A stretch of 64,000 nt of DNA from Octopus sinensis (Eukaryota), in the NCBI RefSeq assembly GCF_006345805.1, contig NC_042997.1, positions 141,112,001 through 141,176,000 of the forward strand, read 5' to 3'. Position 1 is the stretch's first letter. Every line of letters begins with the position of its first letter. Of the stretch, positions 13,556 through 26,177 are shown in pieces. Both the position numbers and the translations under genes were made by a program. The notes under the pieces are model-generated. The model had not been told where the DNA came from. It did not search any database and saw only the letters and a list, made by a program, of their open reading frames with translations.

Positions 13556-14604
13556 TAGCAATTGATGGCTCTAAAACATCTAATAGCATGGAAATATAGG
13601 TAGCTGAATTCATCCCTCCCTGACATAAAAACATTTCTCCGGGTCCTGTGGGAGACATGCAGCCCACAACATGATGGAACCACCCCCATGTTTTAAGGTT
13701 GGTACCAGACATTCAGCCTTAAATGCTTTCCGAACACTGCGATGCATAAAAGTTGCTCCAGATGTACCGAAAACGTGAGCAAAAATATGAAAAATGATAT
13801 TAGCTTTACTTTGGATACTTTTTAAAAATATATTTTGGATAACAAACCAGATACATTAAGTTTATATGTTGATGAATACATTTACTTTCTTACCCCAAAG
13901 TTACTTTCATTAGATCATACGACTTTCGACCATTGCTCACTGGTCCAATTTGAGTGGTTTTTGGCCCACTGAAGATGTTTTCCCATATTCGTTTCAGAGA
14001 CCCATGGCTTTTTCCTGGCTTTACAGCCTTTCAGACCGTACTCTACAAGCTTTCTTCTAATAGTGCTAGTTGATATTTGTGAAGTACTTGCCTCATTAAA
14101 GTCCAAACAGAGCTCCAACTGTGTTTTTCTGCTATTTCTGAGTGACTGGTCGATGATGGATCTGTCATTACGAGATGATGTAACCTTTTTTTCTACCTGC
14201 TCTTTGTACTGTCTTCATATCTTTTGACTCAGATAGCAATTTGCCTATCAGACATTCCATCTTCATAATGAACTACGATTTGAACTCGCTCACACTCACA
14301 CAACTCCCTTTGTTTTAGGTATTTTACTGTTTATTAACTGTATCTACAACGTATTTTAGCATTAAACTCTGAAATATACAAGGAAACATAAGTTAATTTT
14401 GGACGTTGGTCTTACTCATAATTGGTTGCATTTGAGCAGAACAGTATAAGAGAGGTAATTGCTGCTAAAGGAGTGTCAACTAGATATTAAAATTAATATG
14501 TATTGTGAAATATACCATAATCTACCATGTGCACGAGTTTCATTAACATTGAGACAGTAGAACCCCAAAGCATTGGGGTGGCCTAATACTTTTGGCAAAG
14601 GCTG
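13556..14604 (-). mobile_element. Tc1-family transposon, 5' two-thirds, pseudogenised
   Basis: Left TIR TA|CAGCCTTTGCCAAAAGTATTAGGCCACCCC at 14604. ORF 13915-14118 (STIRRKLVEYGLKGCKARKKPW...WAKNHSNWT) and ORF 13470-13712 (GCMSPTGPG...MNSATYISML). Confidence 0.9.
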
Positions 14605-14699
14605 TATATATATATATATAACAACAATTTGATAAATAAAACATATGCATATATACATATATGTACATACCTACATCTATATGTATATATACATGCATA

Positions 14700-15215
14700 T
14701 ATGGGTACAGGACACCACAAATAAACGTAGAACACAACGAGAAACGAAAACGTAAAAACAAAACAAGGAATCGGACTTTCTTTAACAACGAAAAAACAGA
14801 GTACAAGACAAACAACGCAAGGAACATTCCCCTTCTTCAGCTGCCCCTGTTTTGACTCATTGCGTGTTTTGAAGGTAAGGGCAGAACACGACTACATTGA
14901 AACAGTCCTTCCCGCAAAGCGAATTAAATAAAAAAAATTTGCGGAGGGGTAAAAAAAGGTGACAAGAACAGGACGGAAAAAAATACGAATAAAGAAAAAA
15001 AACAGTAGAAATAATGATAAAAACAGTAAAAGACAGGACAAGGAAACCAACAATAAGGGCTTTTTAAGCCTAGACGGTGGAAAAATTCATTTGAACGCAT
15101 TCTGAAGAAGAGTTTGCAAGGACAGAAAAAGGCGATGTTGACTTGTTGAAGGCAGTAGACAGAAAGAAAGTTAGTAGCTCTCTGGTCAGCGACGAGAGGG
15201 AGGACGAGGAGGAAC
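14700..15215. repeat. Purine-rich interspersed repeat of uncertain class, possibly a PLE terminal fragment
   Basis: Inserted after (TA)n/(TACA)n. The composition resembles the PLE-end repeat at 17318-17482. No diagnostic motif confirmed. Confidence 0.3.
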
Positions 15216-15221
15216 GGTGAT

Positions 15222-15506
15222 GGCGCAATGGCCCAGTGGTTAGGACAGCGGACTCGCGGTCGGAGGATCGCGGTTTCGATTCCCAGACCGGGCGTTGTTA
15301 GTGTTTATTGAGCGAAAACACTTGAAGCTCCACGAGGCTCCGGCAGGGGGTGGTGGCGATCCCTGCTCTACTCTTTCGCCACAACTTTCTCTCACTCTTA
15401 ACCCGCGGGGTGGCGTCATTTGAAGGGTAAAACAATGCGAAGCGCATTGTGACCAGCGATGTGTAGCAACATCTGATAGCCTGGGCGGTCACGGTGATCA
15501 CGGTGA
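15222..15506 (+). mobile_element. tRNA-derived SINE family B (GGCGCAATGGCCCAGTGGTTAGG...GGTTTCGATTCCC...GGTCACGGTGA)
   Basis: A and B boxes present. Other copies at 20227-20325, 21049-21302, 34670-34972 and 58857-59168. Confidence 0.9.
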
Positions 15507-15542
<36 letters not shown>

Positions 15543-15700
15543 TGTATGTATGTATGTATGTATGTATGTACGTATGTATGTATGTATGTGTGTATATTTG
15601 TTTCTAATGACGTAAGCTTAAACACCTTGTATTTTGTCATTATTTATTGGGCTTTCTTTATATTTGAAATCTTTTTTAAAATGTGTTTGTGTGCATGTGT

Positions 15701-15773
<73 letters not shown>

Positions 15774-16051
15774 GTTTGTACGTGCTTATAAGTAGTTGTA
15801 AGCTTACCGGAGAAGTGGAGACGAGTTAAATAAATTCCAAAGGAAAACGGTAGACTTTGAATTTAAATATTATGTTGAAACCTAATTACAATTTTGGGTA
15901 ATTCAATTTAGACAAATTTGGCGTATATTACAACCATCTGTGTTTTTTTTTGCTTTTAATTTTGTATTGTTCTTTGTTATTTACTTTAAACCGTAACATT
16001 TTAGAAAACTTATTATGCATATACATACACACTAAGTGTGTACATGTATAC

Positions 16052-16093
<42 letters not shown>

Positions 16094-16142
16094 ATATATA
16101 TAAACACATGTATGTACACATATAAATGAAGTTTTATGTTTG

Positions 16143-16203
<61 letters not shown>

Positions 16204-16931
16204 GCATGTATATATATGTATGTAATATAAACATGTTTATATCTATATATATATGTGTGTGAGTGTATGTGTATATATGTGTAAATGTGAATGTGAGAGC
16301 ATTGAGTGTATTCCACCTCTGTCTCTGTACGAAGTTATACGCTTGGCTGATAAGTTATTACATCTTCTGCCAAAATCGGGACAACGATTGAATACACCAC
16401 TTTCTCATGAGAAGTCGAACGAAAGCTAAATATAAATATATGCAAATTATATTTTAATTCATTATTCACCTCAGTGTTTTTACCGAGACAATCGTTATTT
16501 CATCATATTAATTTAAATATGGCCATTTAAAAGTTTTCAATGCGGAAAGACTTTGTAATTGAATTAGATATTTTGTATTAAAAAAAACGCAGAAGCAATA
16601 AATGCTAATTTTTATTATCAAATTATAAACTGTTTTTGTTTACTAATAATAAATTTTGAATCTTAATTCGTGTATTTTTTCTCAGTTGATGGTACGTTTT
16701 GATCTGTAATATACCTTCAACCACAGAAGGACGTTACTGTTTTTAGAGACCAATTACTGGTCTGTTGAAAATAACAAGATGCAAAGTCAGGTACAAAATA
16801 TTTAATAGATACTTGGACGCTTAAACAGCTGATTAACTAAAACATTTCTCTCCTCATATACATACACACGCACGCATGCACGTACGCATACACATACACA
16901 TACACACATACACACACACACACACACACAC

Positions 16932-16981
<50 letters not shown>

Positions 16982-17226
16982 ATAACCTCTAATTTAATTA
17001 TATATATATAAACCACTATTGTTCCTGAAAGTAGTCTCTTATACCTTCTAAAGGCTGCTCAAAGTTTACTAACTTCCTACACTTTGATACTTCAATCTTA
17101 CCAATATATATAGTACAGTTCCGTGATGGTAATACCAACAAAAAAACTATTCCATCTGATGAGAAACTAATAGTAGCCTATAAAAACATACATTGTGTTC
17201 ATTAAATAACTATGTGTGTATGCCTG

Positions 17227-17315
<89 letters not shown>

Positions 17316-17317
17316 AA

Positions 17318-17482
17318 GTTAATCCAAGCAAGAAAGCACAAAAAAACACAACAACGCGAGGACGTGGAACAAATATAGTATTATTGGACGCTCAGGAAAA
17401 AAGGAAAGAAGAAGGGTTTAACGTTTCGAGCGGAGCTCTTCGTCGGAAACATAGGAGAAGGAAAGATCCAGAGAAGGGAAGA
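17318..17482 (-). mobile_element. PLE-type terminal repeat fragment carrying a minimal HHR, next to (TA)n
   Basis: HHR motif at 17416-17450; the fragment abuts a (TA)n tract. Confidence 0.6.
17416..17450 (-). ncRNA. 35-nt minimal type I hammerhead motif (U4C core variant)
   Basis: Minus strand GTTT-CCGACGA-A-GAGC(TCC)GCTC-GAAAC-GTT-AAAC: perfect stems I and II, ACGT palindrome, GUU triplet. Confidence 0.7.
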
Positions 17483-18159
17483 CGTGTGTAAGTGTGTGTG
17501 TATATGTGTATGTTTGTGTTTGTGTGTGAGTGTGCGTACACTCGGAGAACACACACACATTTTACGTCAAAAAGATAGTTTCCTTATTCGTAATATCTAT
17601 AATCTTTTTCATTATCGTCCCGTATGCAATTTTTCTGCCATATGTTATAATCTTCATATTGTGGTCACCACTTGATTGAAACTCATTTTCGAATGGAGGC
17701 AATATTGCTATGACATTCAGTTGATTATTGACGAAAGTATTTTGGACATGTTCACATACGTTTGTTTTATATCTTTCGGCTTTGTTTTCGCTCCTTCTAA
17801 GTTGCCGCTTTTTTGCCATCTTTGTCAGTATGTGTGTATGTGTCTGTGCGTGTATGTATTTGTGCATACACATGTTTATATATTCCGGATAATATATATG
17901 TATATATATATATGTATATAATATACATATGTATATATATATGTATATAATATATGTATATATATGTATATAATTTACATATATATATATATATATATAT
18001 ATACACACGCACACACACACACACACACACACACCACATATATATATATAAATTTAAAATAATGAGGTTGAAGAATTGAATATTAAATTGATTAATACCA
18101 ATTAAAACCAGTGGTACCATATTGATAAGTCTGAAGATTCAGAAATATTATATTATGTA

Positions 18160-18196
<37 letters not shown>

Positions 18197-18197
<1 letters not shown>

Positions 18198-18290
18198 ATT
18201 AATCAATTTAGGGTAGCAAAAAATCAGTAAAAATTTATCGCTACCAGCGGCCTAATGAAAAGGAAAATAGTCAAAGACTAAATATGTATA
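18197..18290 (-). repeat. Inverted 94-bp copy of the array unit junction
   Basis: Near-exact reverse complement of TATACATATTTAG+TCTTTGAC...GATTAATT. Confidence 0.95.
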
Positions 18291-18528
18291 AATCTTTGAC
18301 TATTTTCTCTTTTCCATTAGGCCGCTGGTAGCGATAAATTTTTACTGAATTTTTTGCTACCCTAAATTGATTAATTGATAATTTTCTGACTAATTCTGAG
18401 ATTGAATCGGCAGTTTATATTTGCTGCCGATAAGTTTGGCGCGAATGCGTTGGTCTTGAAAATTTTAAGACAGATATTCCCGAGGCATTGATACAGTCGC
18501 CTCGTATATATCCGTCTCTCCCAGGTTT

Positions 18529-18626
18529 CTTTTACTGATGAAGTGTGACCTATGGTAGACTAGCTAATTTAATTTAATTAAGCTGGTCTATCATTAAAGA
18601 CACTGAAACGATGCATCGTATAAAAG
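18529..18626 (+). ncRNA. Type I hammerhead ribozyme, copy 1 (predicted cut after A18620)
   Basis: CTTTTA-CTGATGA-AGTGT(long internal hairpin)ACACT-GAA-ACGATGCATCGT-A-TAAAAG: canonical core, 6-bp stem I, 12-nt palindromic stem III, GUA triplet. Confidence 0.88.
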
Positions 18627-18997
18627 ATGAATTAGGGTAAATGTTTTTAAATTTTCACCTTATTTCCGAATTACACTACTTGGCGGTTGGAGTTATGGCT
18701 GCTCTTTCTAGTGGACGAATGGCCTGTCTAGGCCATTCCTAAATTGTTATATTATACATATTTAGTCTTTGACTATTTTCTCTTTTCCATTAGGCCGCTG
18801 GTAGCGATAAATTTTTACTGAATTTTTTGCTACCCTAAATTGATTAATTGATAATTTTCTGACTAATTCTGAGATTGAATCGGCAGTATATTTGCTGCCG
18901 ATAAGTTTGGCGCGAATGCGTTGGTTTGAAAATTTTAAGACAGATATTCCGAGGCATTGATACAGTCGCCTCGTATATATCCGTCTCTCCCAGGTTT

Positions 18998-19096
18998 CTT
19001 TTACTGATGAAGTGTGACCTATGGTAGACTAGCTTAATTTAATTTAATTAAGCTGGTCTATCATTAAAGACACTGAAACGATGCATCGTATAAAAG
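18998..19096 (+). ncRNA. Type I hammerhead ribozyme, copy 2 (cut after 19090)
   Basis: Same core and stems as copy 1. Confidence 0.88.
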
Positions 19097-19467
19097 ATGA
19101 ATTAGGGTAAATGTTTTTAAATTTTCACCTTATTTCCGAATTACACTACTTGCGGTTGGAGTTATGGCTGCTCTTTCTAGTGGACGAATGGCCTGTCTAG
19201 GCCATTCCTAAATTGTTATATTATACATATTTAGTCTTTGACTATTTTCTCTTTTCCATTAGGGCTGGTAGCGATAAATTTTTACTGAATTTTTTGCTAC
19301 CCTAAATTGATTAATTGATATTTTCTGACTAATTCTGAGATTGAATCGGCAGTTTATATTTGCTGCCGATAAGTTTGGCGCGAATGCGTTGGTCTTGAAA
19401 ATTTTAAGACAGATATTCCCGAGGCATTGATACAGTCGCCTCGTATATATCCGTCTCTCCCAGGTTT

Positions 19468-19565
19468 CTTTTACTGATGAAGTGTGACCTATGGTAGACT
19501 AGCTTAATTTAATTTAATTAAGCTGGTCTATCATAAAGACACTGAAACGATGCATCGTATAAAAG
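19468..19565 (+). ncRNA. Type I hammerhead ribozyme, copy 3 (cut after 19559)
   Basis: Same core and stems as copy 1. Confidence 0.88.
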
Positions 19566-19936
19566 ATGAATTAGGGTAAATGTTTTTAAATTTTCACCTT
19601 TCCGAATTACACTACTTGGCGGTTGGAGTTATGGCTGCTCTTTCTAGTGGACGAATGGCCTGTCTAGGCCATTCCTAAATTGTTATATTTATACATATTT
19701 AGTCTTTGACTATTTTCTCTTTTCCATTAGGCCGCTGGTAGCGATAAATTTTTACTGATTTTTTGCTACCCTAAATTGATTAATTGATAATTTTCTGACT
19801 ATTCTGAGATTGAATCGGCAGTTTATATTTGCTGCCGATAAGTTTGGCGCGTATGCGTTGGTCTTGAAAATTTTAAGACAGATATTCCCGAGGCATTGAT
19901 ACAGTCGCCTCGTATATATCCGTCTCTCCCAGGTTT

Positions 19937-20033
19937 CTTTTACTGATGAAGTGTGACCTATGGTAGACTAGCTTAATTAATTTAATTAAGCTGGTCTATC
20001 ATAAAGACACTGAAACGATGCATCGTATAAAAG
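19937..20033 (+). ncRNA. Type I hammerhead ribozyme, copy 4 (cut after 20027)
   Basis: Same core and stems as copy 1. Confidence 0.88.
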
Positions 20034-20369
20034 ATGAATTAGGGTAAATGTTTTTAAATTTTCACCTTATTTCCGAATTACACTACTTGGCGGTTGGAGT
20101 TATGGCTGCTCTTTCTAGTGGACGAATGGCCTGTCTAGGCCATTCCTAAATTGTTATATATATATATATTATATATATATATATATATATAGGTGTGTGG
20201 TGTGTGTGTGTGTTGTGTGTGTGTGTGGAGGCGCATGGCCTAGTGGTTAGGGCAGCGGACTAGCGGTCGTAGGATCGCGGTTTCGATTCCCGACCGGGCG
20301 TAGTGAGTGTTTATTGAGCGAAAAAACCAGTGGTCTACCATATTGATAAGTCTGAAGATTCAGAAATAT

Positions 20370-20404
<35 letters not shown>

Positions 20405-20566
20405 TATGTGAAATAGAAAGATGAATAATCTTGTAGTAGATTAATCAAAAGTTTAACCGATACCTTAGTAGCAAAAATCACAGCAGTAAACAGCACGGTT
20501 GGAGGTACAACCATATGGTGTTGCAACCGTGCGTTGGTGCGGATAATTGAAATTAAAACATTATTG

Positions 20567-21334
<768 letters not shown>

Positions 21335-22594
21335 TGAAACTCTGCTAACTAGCTGACTCATTTTATTATTTGTATACACATTAGCAAATCATCCATAAAT
21401 GGTTATGGAGTAAACATATATGCTTGTGACTGGGTTGTCCGGAAACTAGTGATCTGTGCCGACTCTTCTTACGATGCTTCAGCCTAAAGCTGAAACTGTA
21501 CGATAAAGGGATATCGCTATCGCCGCCCTCCGTCCATGTACGGTCCCTGGCAGCATGTACTTATAGAAGTTTGTGTGCGTTGACAGCAATAACAGAGACC
21601 TTCAGCACTTATTTCTAGCAGTGTAGGTGTCCTAACACCCTCACTCATATTTAGTGACCTTTATTGTTTTCCTTATATATATATATACGTGTGTGTGTGT
21701 GCGTATGCATAGATATACATATAAATGTGTATGCATGTGCAAATATTTGTATGTGTATGCATAAAGAGATAAAAGCAATTATAAAGAGAGGGAAAGAGAG
21801 AGGCGGAGATAAATTGTAGCTGAGTATTGAGTTGACAACATCAATAGAATATTAGTAAATATGTGTCTAGACAGATCAGACAGTTTAGCCTTTTACACTA
21901 TCTAAGCCTAAAGCATTTATGGTACAAAACAATTCAATAAGTGTTCATATATGTACTGCAGAGAGGTAATACTACTTAAATAATTTCAGTGAATATGGGA
22001 GACAACTTCGGATATGTTTTGCCCTCAGTGTTACTTTATCAATGAAGCATAACCTTCACCGAAATGACTCACAGAATGCATACAGAATGACAGTACTGGC
22101 TATCATTTGAGAGCAGCATAAAGAGCACCGTGTCCATTTTCTTTTGATCGGAAAGAGGAAACAGCTTTCTTCTTCTGTCTGGTGTTTATTTTAAAAGAGG
22201 TAGTGAAGCGACTAATCATAGGGCTTTAAGTATTCGACTAAACACTGATCAACATTTTGAAGGAAACTTTGAAGAGAAAGATGTATGACCAAACAAGAGA
22301 TATTCAACTGGAAAATTTATGGAAGGTGAGCGAAAGTGACCAAGAGTGGCCAGTCTGGCCTGTAGGTGTCCGATTTTATCCAAGAGACACCAACAAGAGT
22401 ATGGTACTCACCATTGGTTATCAGAATAAATTAGATTAGTGGGAGTGCCAGGCTGTCCCATTATTGGGGCCATTTTTTAATGCTTTGCTTGTTGATTTAT
22501 AAGCCAGTTTTCCATATCTAACCACGGTGCAATTTTTTTATGCAAAATCTGCCAATCGTTGTTCTTGCGGCATAAAATAAGCCTTTATCATTAT

Positions 22595-22623
22595 TATTAT
22601 TATCATTACTATTATCATGATAA

Positions 22624-22700
<77 letters not shown>
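22595..22700. repeat. (TAT)n microsatellite
   Basis: Directly visible. It explains the poly-Y ORF. Confidence 0.97.
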
Positions 22701-23137
22701 GTCTCTATTGCTATTGTGGTATATGCTCCGTTTGCATTAATTTTCTAGCCCATTTTTATACATTATCGTACCAGCATTCATGTACTTCTTTTACAAAGAA
22801 AAAAGTTAAGTAACAAAATAAATGAATACATGTATAATAAAATATATACCGTTCGTCTTCCCCTCTCTTTATCGCACACTCACTATATCAGCTGTCAAAT
22901 GATATCCATTACAAATATATATGCAAATAACAAAGAAAAAAAATGAAATGATATTGATTTGAACCAACGCGCTGGGGGTTATTATTTCAATGATTTAGCT
23001 ATAGCAGTAAACTGATATCATAAAAAAACGCTGTGGACGATAGGACTTTGCTATAGACTTTATCGTTAGATACCAAGTTTTAGTTTCCTTCGTTACTCAG
23101 TGAAACGATTTAGCATTTTTCTTCATTTTCTTTTAAT

Positions 23138-23139
23138 AG

Positions 23140-23213
<74 letters not shown>

Positions 23214-23297
23214 CTTTCTTGATATATACATATATATATATATATAATATATATATATATATTTATGTATATGTGTCTATGCATGTATTTATGCATT

Positions 23298-23393
<96 letters not shown>

Positions 23394-23452
23394 CATATAT
23401 ATATATAGAGAGAGAGAAAGAGAGAGACAGAGAGAGACAGAGAGAAAGAGAG

Positions 23453-23496
<44 letters not shown>

Positions 23497-23501
23497 CAGA
23501 C

Positions 23502-23554
<53 letters not shown>

Positions 23555-23576
23555 TATTGTAGATAGATAGACAGAC

Positions 23577-23648
<72 letters not shown>
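23138..23648. repeat. Compound (CTAT)n-(TA)n-(GA)n-(GATA)n microsatellite
   Basis: Directly visible. Confidence 0.97.
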
Positions 23649-23971
23649 GGAAAGATGCACATATGCATGTGTAGGAATGTATATGCGCATATGCACACAC
23701 ACACGTATAGAAACATACATACACACCACACATATTATAAGGAAGATACCCTTTTTACGCTTCACATTTGAGAATTTGACAGTCTAACAAGACATGAGAC
23801 ATACAAACAAGCGTGGATATAAACATGCTTATAAACGTGTTTATATCATTGCACATACAAACTTTTTTTACTCGATACTAGTTTGTGTGACTCAATTAAT
23901 CCCAGCATAACCAGCCTTTATACACGGCATCAAATTTATTGCACGCTGTTGTTATATATATTTATTTCTTT

Positions 23972-24375
23972 ATTACCCACGGGGGCTAAGCATAGAGGGG
24001 ACAAACAAGGACAGACAAAAGTATTAAGTCGAGTAGATTAACCCCAGTGCGTAACTGGTACTTAGTTTATCGACCACGAAAGGATAAATGGCAAAGTTGA
24101 CTGCGGCGGAATTTGAACTCAGAACGTAGCGGCAAACGAAATACCTATTTCTTTACTACCCACAAGGGGCTAAACACAGAGAGGACAAACAAGGACAGAC
24201 AAACGTATCAAGTCGATTAGATCGACCCCAGTGCGTAACTGGTACTTATTTAATCGACCCCGAAAGGATGAAAGGCAAAGTCGACCTCACCGGAATTTGA
24301 ACTCAGAACCTAACGGCATACGAAATACTGCTAAGCCTTTCACCCGGCATGCTTACGATTCTGCCAGCTCACCAC
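23972..24375 (-). mobile_element. Multimeric SINE family A
   Basis: Repeated GGACAAACAAGGACAGACAAA / GAATTTGAACTCAGAAC modules. Confidence 0.88.
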
Positions 24376-25314
24376 ACTCACTGTTGTTATTGGTAAGGAT
24401 GAATTCAGTATTCGTGACTGATGGCGTGTAACCATGCAGAAACTCTGGTGTCTCACAATCCAATGAAGTCATTCATAGGTCGACGTTTTCACGTATGTTG
24501 CGTATGAGGAGATATTTCCCCCCACACTACTTCCACGTCCCCACTCTGCTACAACTACACATCAGCCTCATCCCGCCCTCATTCCAATCCCAACCTCATT
24601 CTAGAGACATTTATCTCATACATCTCATCTGACATCAATCCAAGAGACACACAAACGAACAAAATTTTTCCTGTTTTTGTCTTTCACGATATTTTCGTTC
24701 TGGATTTTACGATATCCGTAAACGGAAGATGATACTTCTTGATCTTCAGTGGTAGAGGTCCTACGTGACATTTTTTCTACATTTTTCTGAGGAATGCCGA
24801 GATTAGTTTTCCCAAACTCTCGCGTACGAAACCAGGAGATAAAATTGGCCAAAATGGGACTATGATATTGTATGAATGATTAATATATACATATACATGC
24901 ATCATCGGACAGGTTCCATCCCTATGTCCAAGAGTCAGCTTACTATACTTCTCCAGCTCCCTCTGTCAGTTCTCTCTATGTTGTGCTGTGTGTATACAAT
25001 AAACCAGGCTCTGTTTTTCATTCCATTATTTGATTGATTGATTCTAGTTTCAGCTCATGAGCTGTGGCCATGCTGGGGCACCGCCATTTGATTGCATTAG
25101 TCCACAAACGTCTTTGACAAACGCTTGCTCTCTTCCCCTTTATTCTCCATTGCTCTGTACAATGTCAGAGTTTCTTCTTCACCGAAAACAACTGCCATAA
25201 CACAACAGTTTACAATGTTTTAGTTTTAGTTGAAGTGTTATGCTTTTAGAGGCGAAAATCCTTTTCCTTCTTATATATGTTGCTTTAACCTTATTTCATG
25301 AATAACTTCCTTTA

Positions 25315-25392
25315 CATAGAGATCTTCGCTGGGAATCGAACTCACGAAACGTGAGCCGAATGCCCCTAACCACTAAGCCACGTGCCTTCACA
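25315..25392 (-). mobile_element. Isolated tRNA-derived SINE head
   Basis: Minus strand GGCACGTGGCTTAGTGGTTAGGGC...GAGTTCGATTCCC (A/B boxes). No full cloverleaf. Confidence 0.7.
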
Positions 25393-26077
25393 ACTTATAC
25401 ATACAATCACACACACACACAGAAATACACGCATGCACGCACGCACACACACACACACACAAATTCATAGATTGCTACTCCGAGGGTTGTACTACCGCAT
25501 ATAATCTACAAGTGAGTCTGGATTTACTAACAACAGAAAAAGAACTCTTTACGTGGTGTCGGGCTAATTCATTTATTTTAGAATCTTTATGTCGTCACTA
25601 CTTCTCTGAAATTTCTGTTTCCATTGTTAACACCCAGCCTCTCACATCCATCACAGTACTATCTCTCTCAAACCATTTCCATTCATTACATCTTTATGCT
25701 CTCCTTCGTCTAGATCACGGCTCTTCTTACACCCACCTCCTTCCAAATTATTCTTACACTATCCTTCACCTCCCCCCTCTCCTCATTATCTCTCCATATC
25801 TTCTTTATCCTCCTTTTTAACAATGTTTTCGGAGACTTAAATTATCAGTAATGTTTAACAGTGGAAAATTACGCCAGCTTATGAATGAAACTTTAATTTG
25901 GAAGATGAAGCTGCAGATGTCAAACTCATCAAATTAGTATTGTTATGAACAAATGGAGATTTTAACGGAGAAAAATCGATATGTTTTGGTCGGTAATAAG
26001 CCAGCAGTTCTATATATATGTGAGTGTGAGTATACATGTATGTGTGTGTATATGTATATACATATGAATATATATAT

Positions 26078-26177
<100 letters not shown>

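Larger units (their letters stand above)
18293..20158 (+). repeat. Tandem array, about 4 x 470 bp, one hammerhead per unit (retrozyme-like or PLE terminal-repeat multimer)
   Basis: CTGATGA cores at 18535, 19004, 19474 and 19943. Units differ mostly by 1-nt indels. No ORF of 60 aa or more. Both ends sit in (TA)n. Confidence 0.95.

Noticed and set aside
14815-14885. Permuted (type II) HHR on the minus strand around CTGAAGA
   Set aside because: AAAAC replaces GAAAC and the stems do not pair in register.
17150-17172. CTGATGAGAAAC as a hammerhead
   Set aside because: Stem II is absent.
18124-18150. CTGAAGA-TTCA-GAAATATT as a hammerhead (also at 20345-20372)
   Set aside because: No credible stem II or stem I.
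18293-20158. Array read as a CRISPR array or ordinary satellite
   Set aside because: The units are contiguous with no unique spacers and the context is eukaryotic. A plain satellite would not explain an intact HHR per unit and an inverted end.
18293-20158. Differences between array units as evolutionary divergence
   Set aside because: They are nearly all 1-nt indels, the pattern of long-read consensus error, so they were not used for dating.
25315-25392. tRNA gene (likewise the heads at 15222, 34670, 52937 and 59322)
   Set aside because: A/B boxes are present but there is no complete cloverleaf or acceptor stem, and the heads are attached to SINE bodies.
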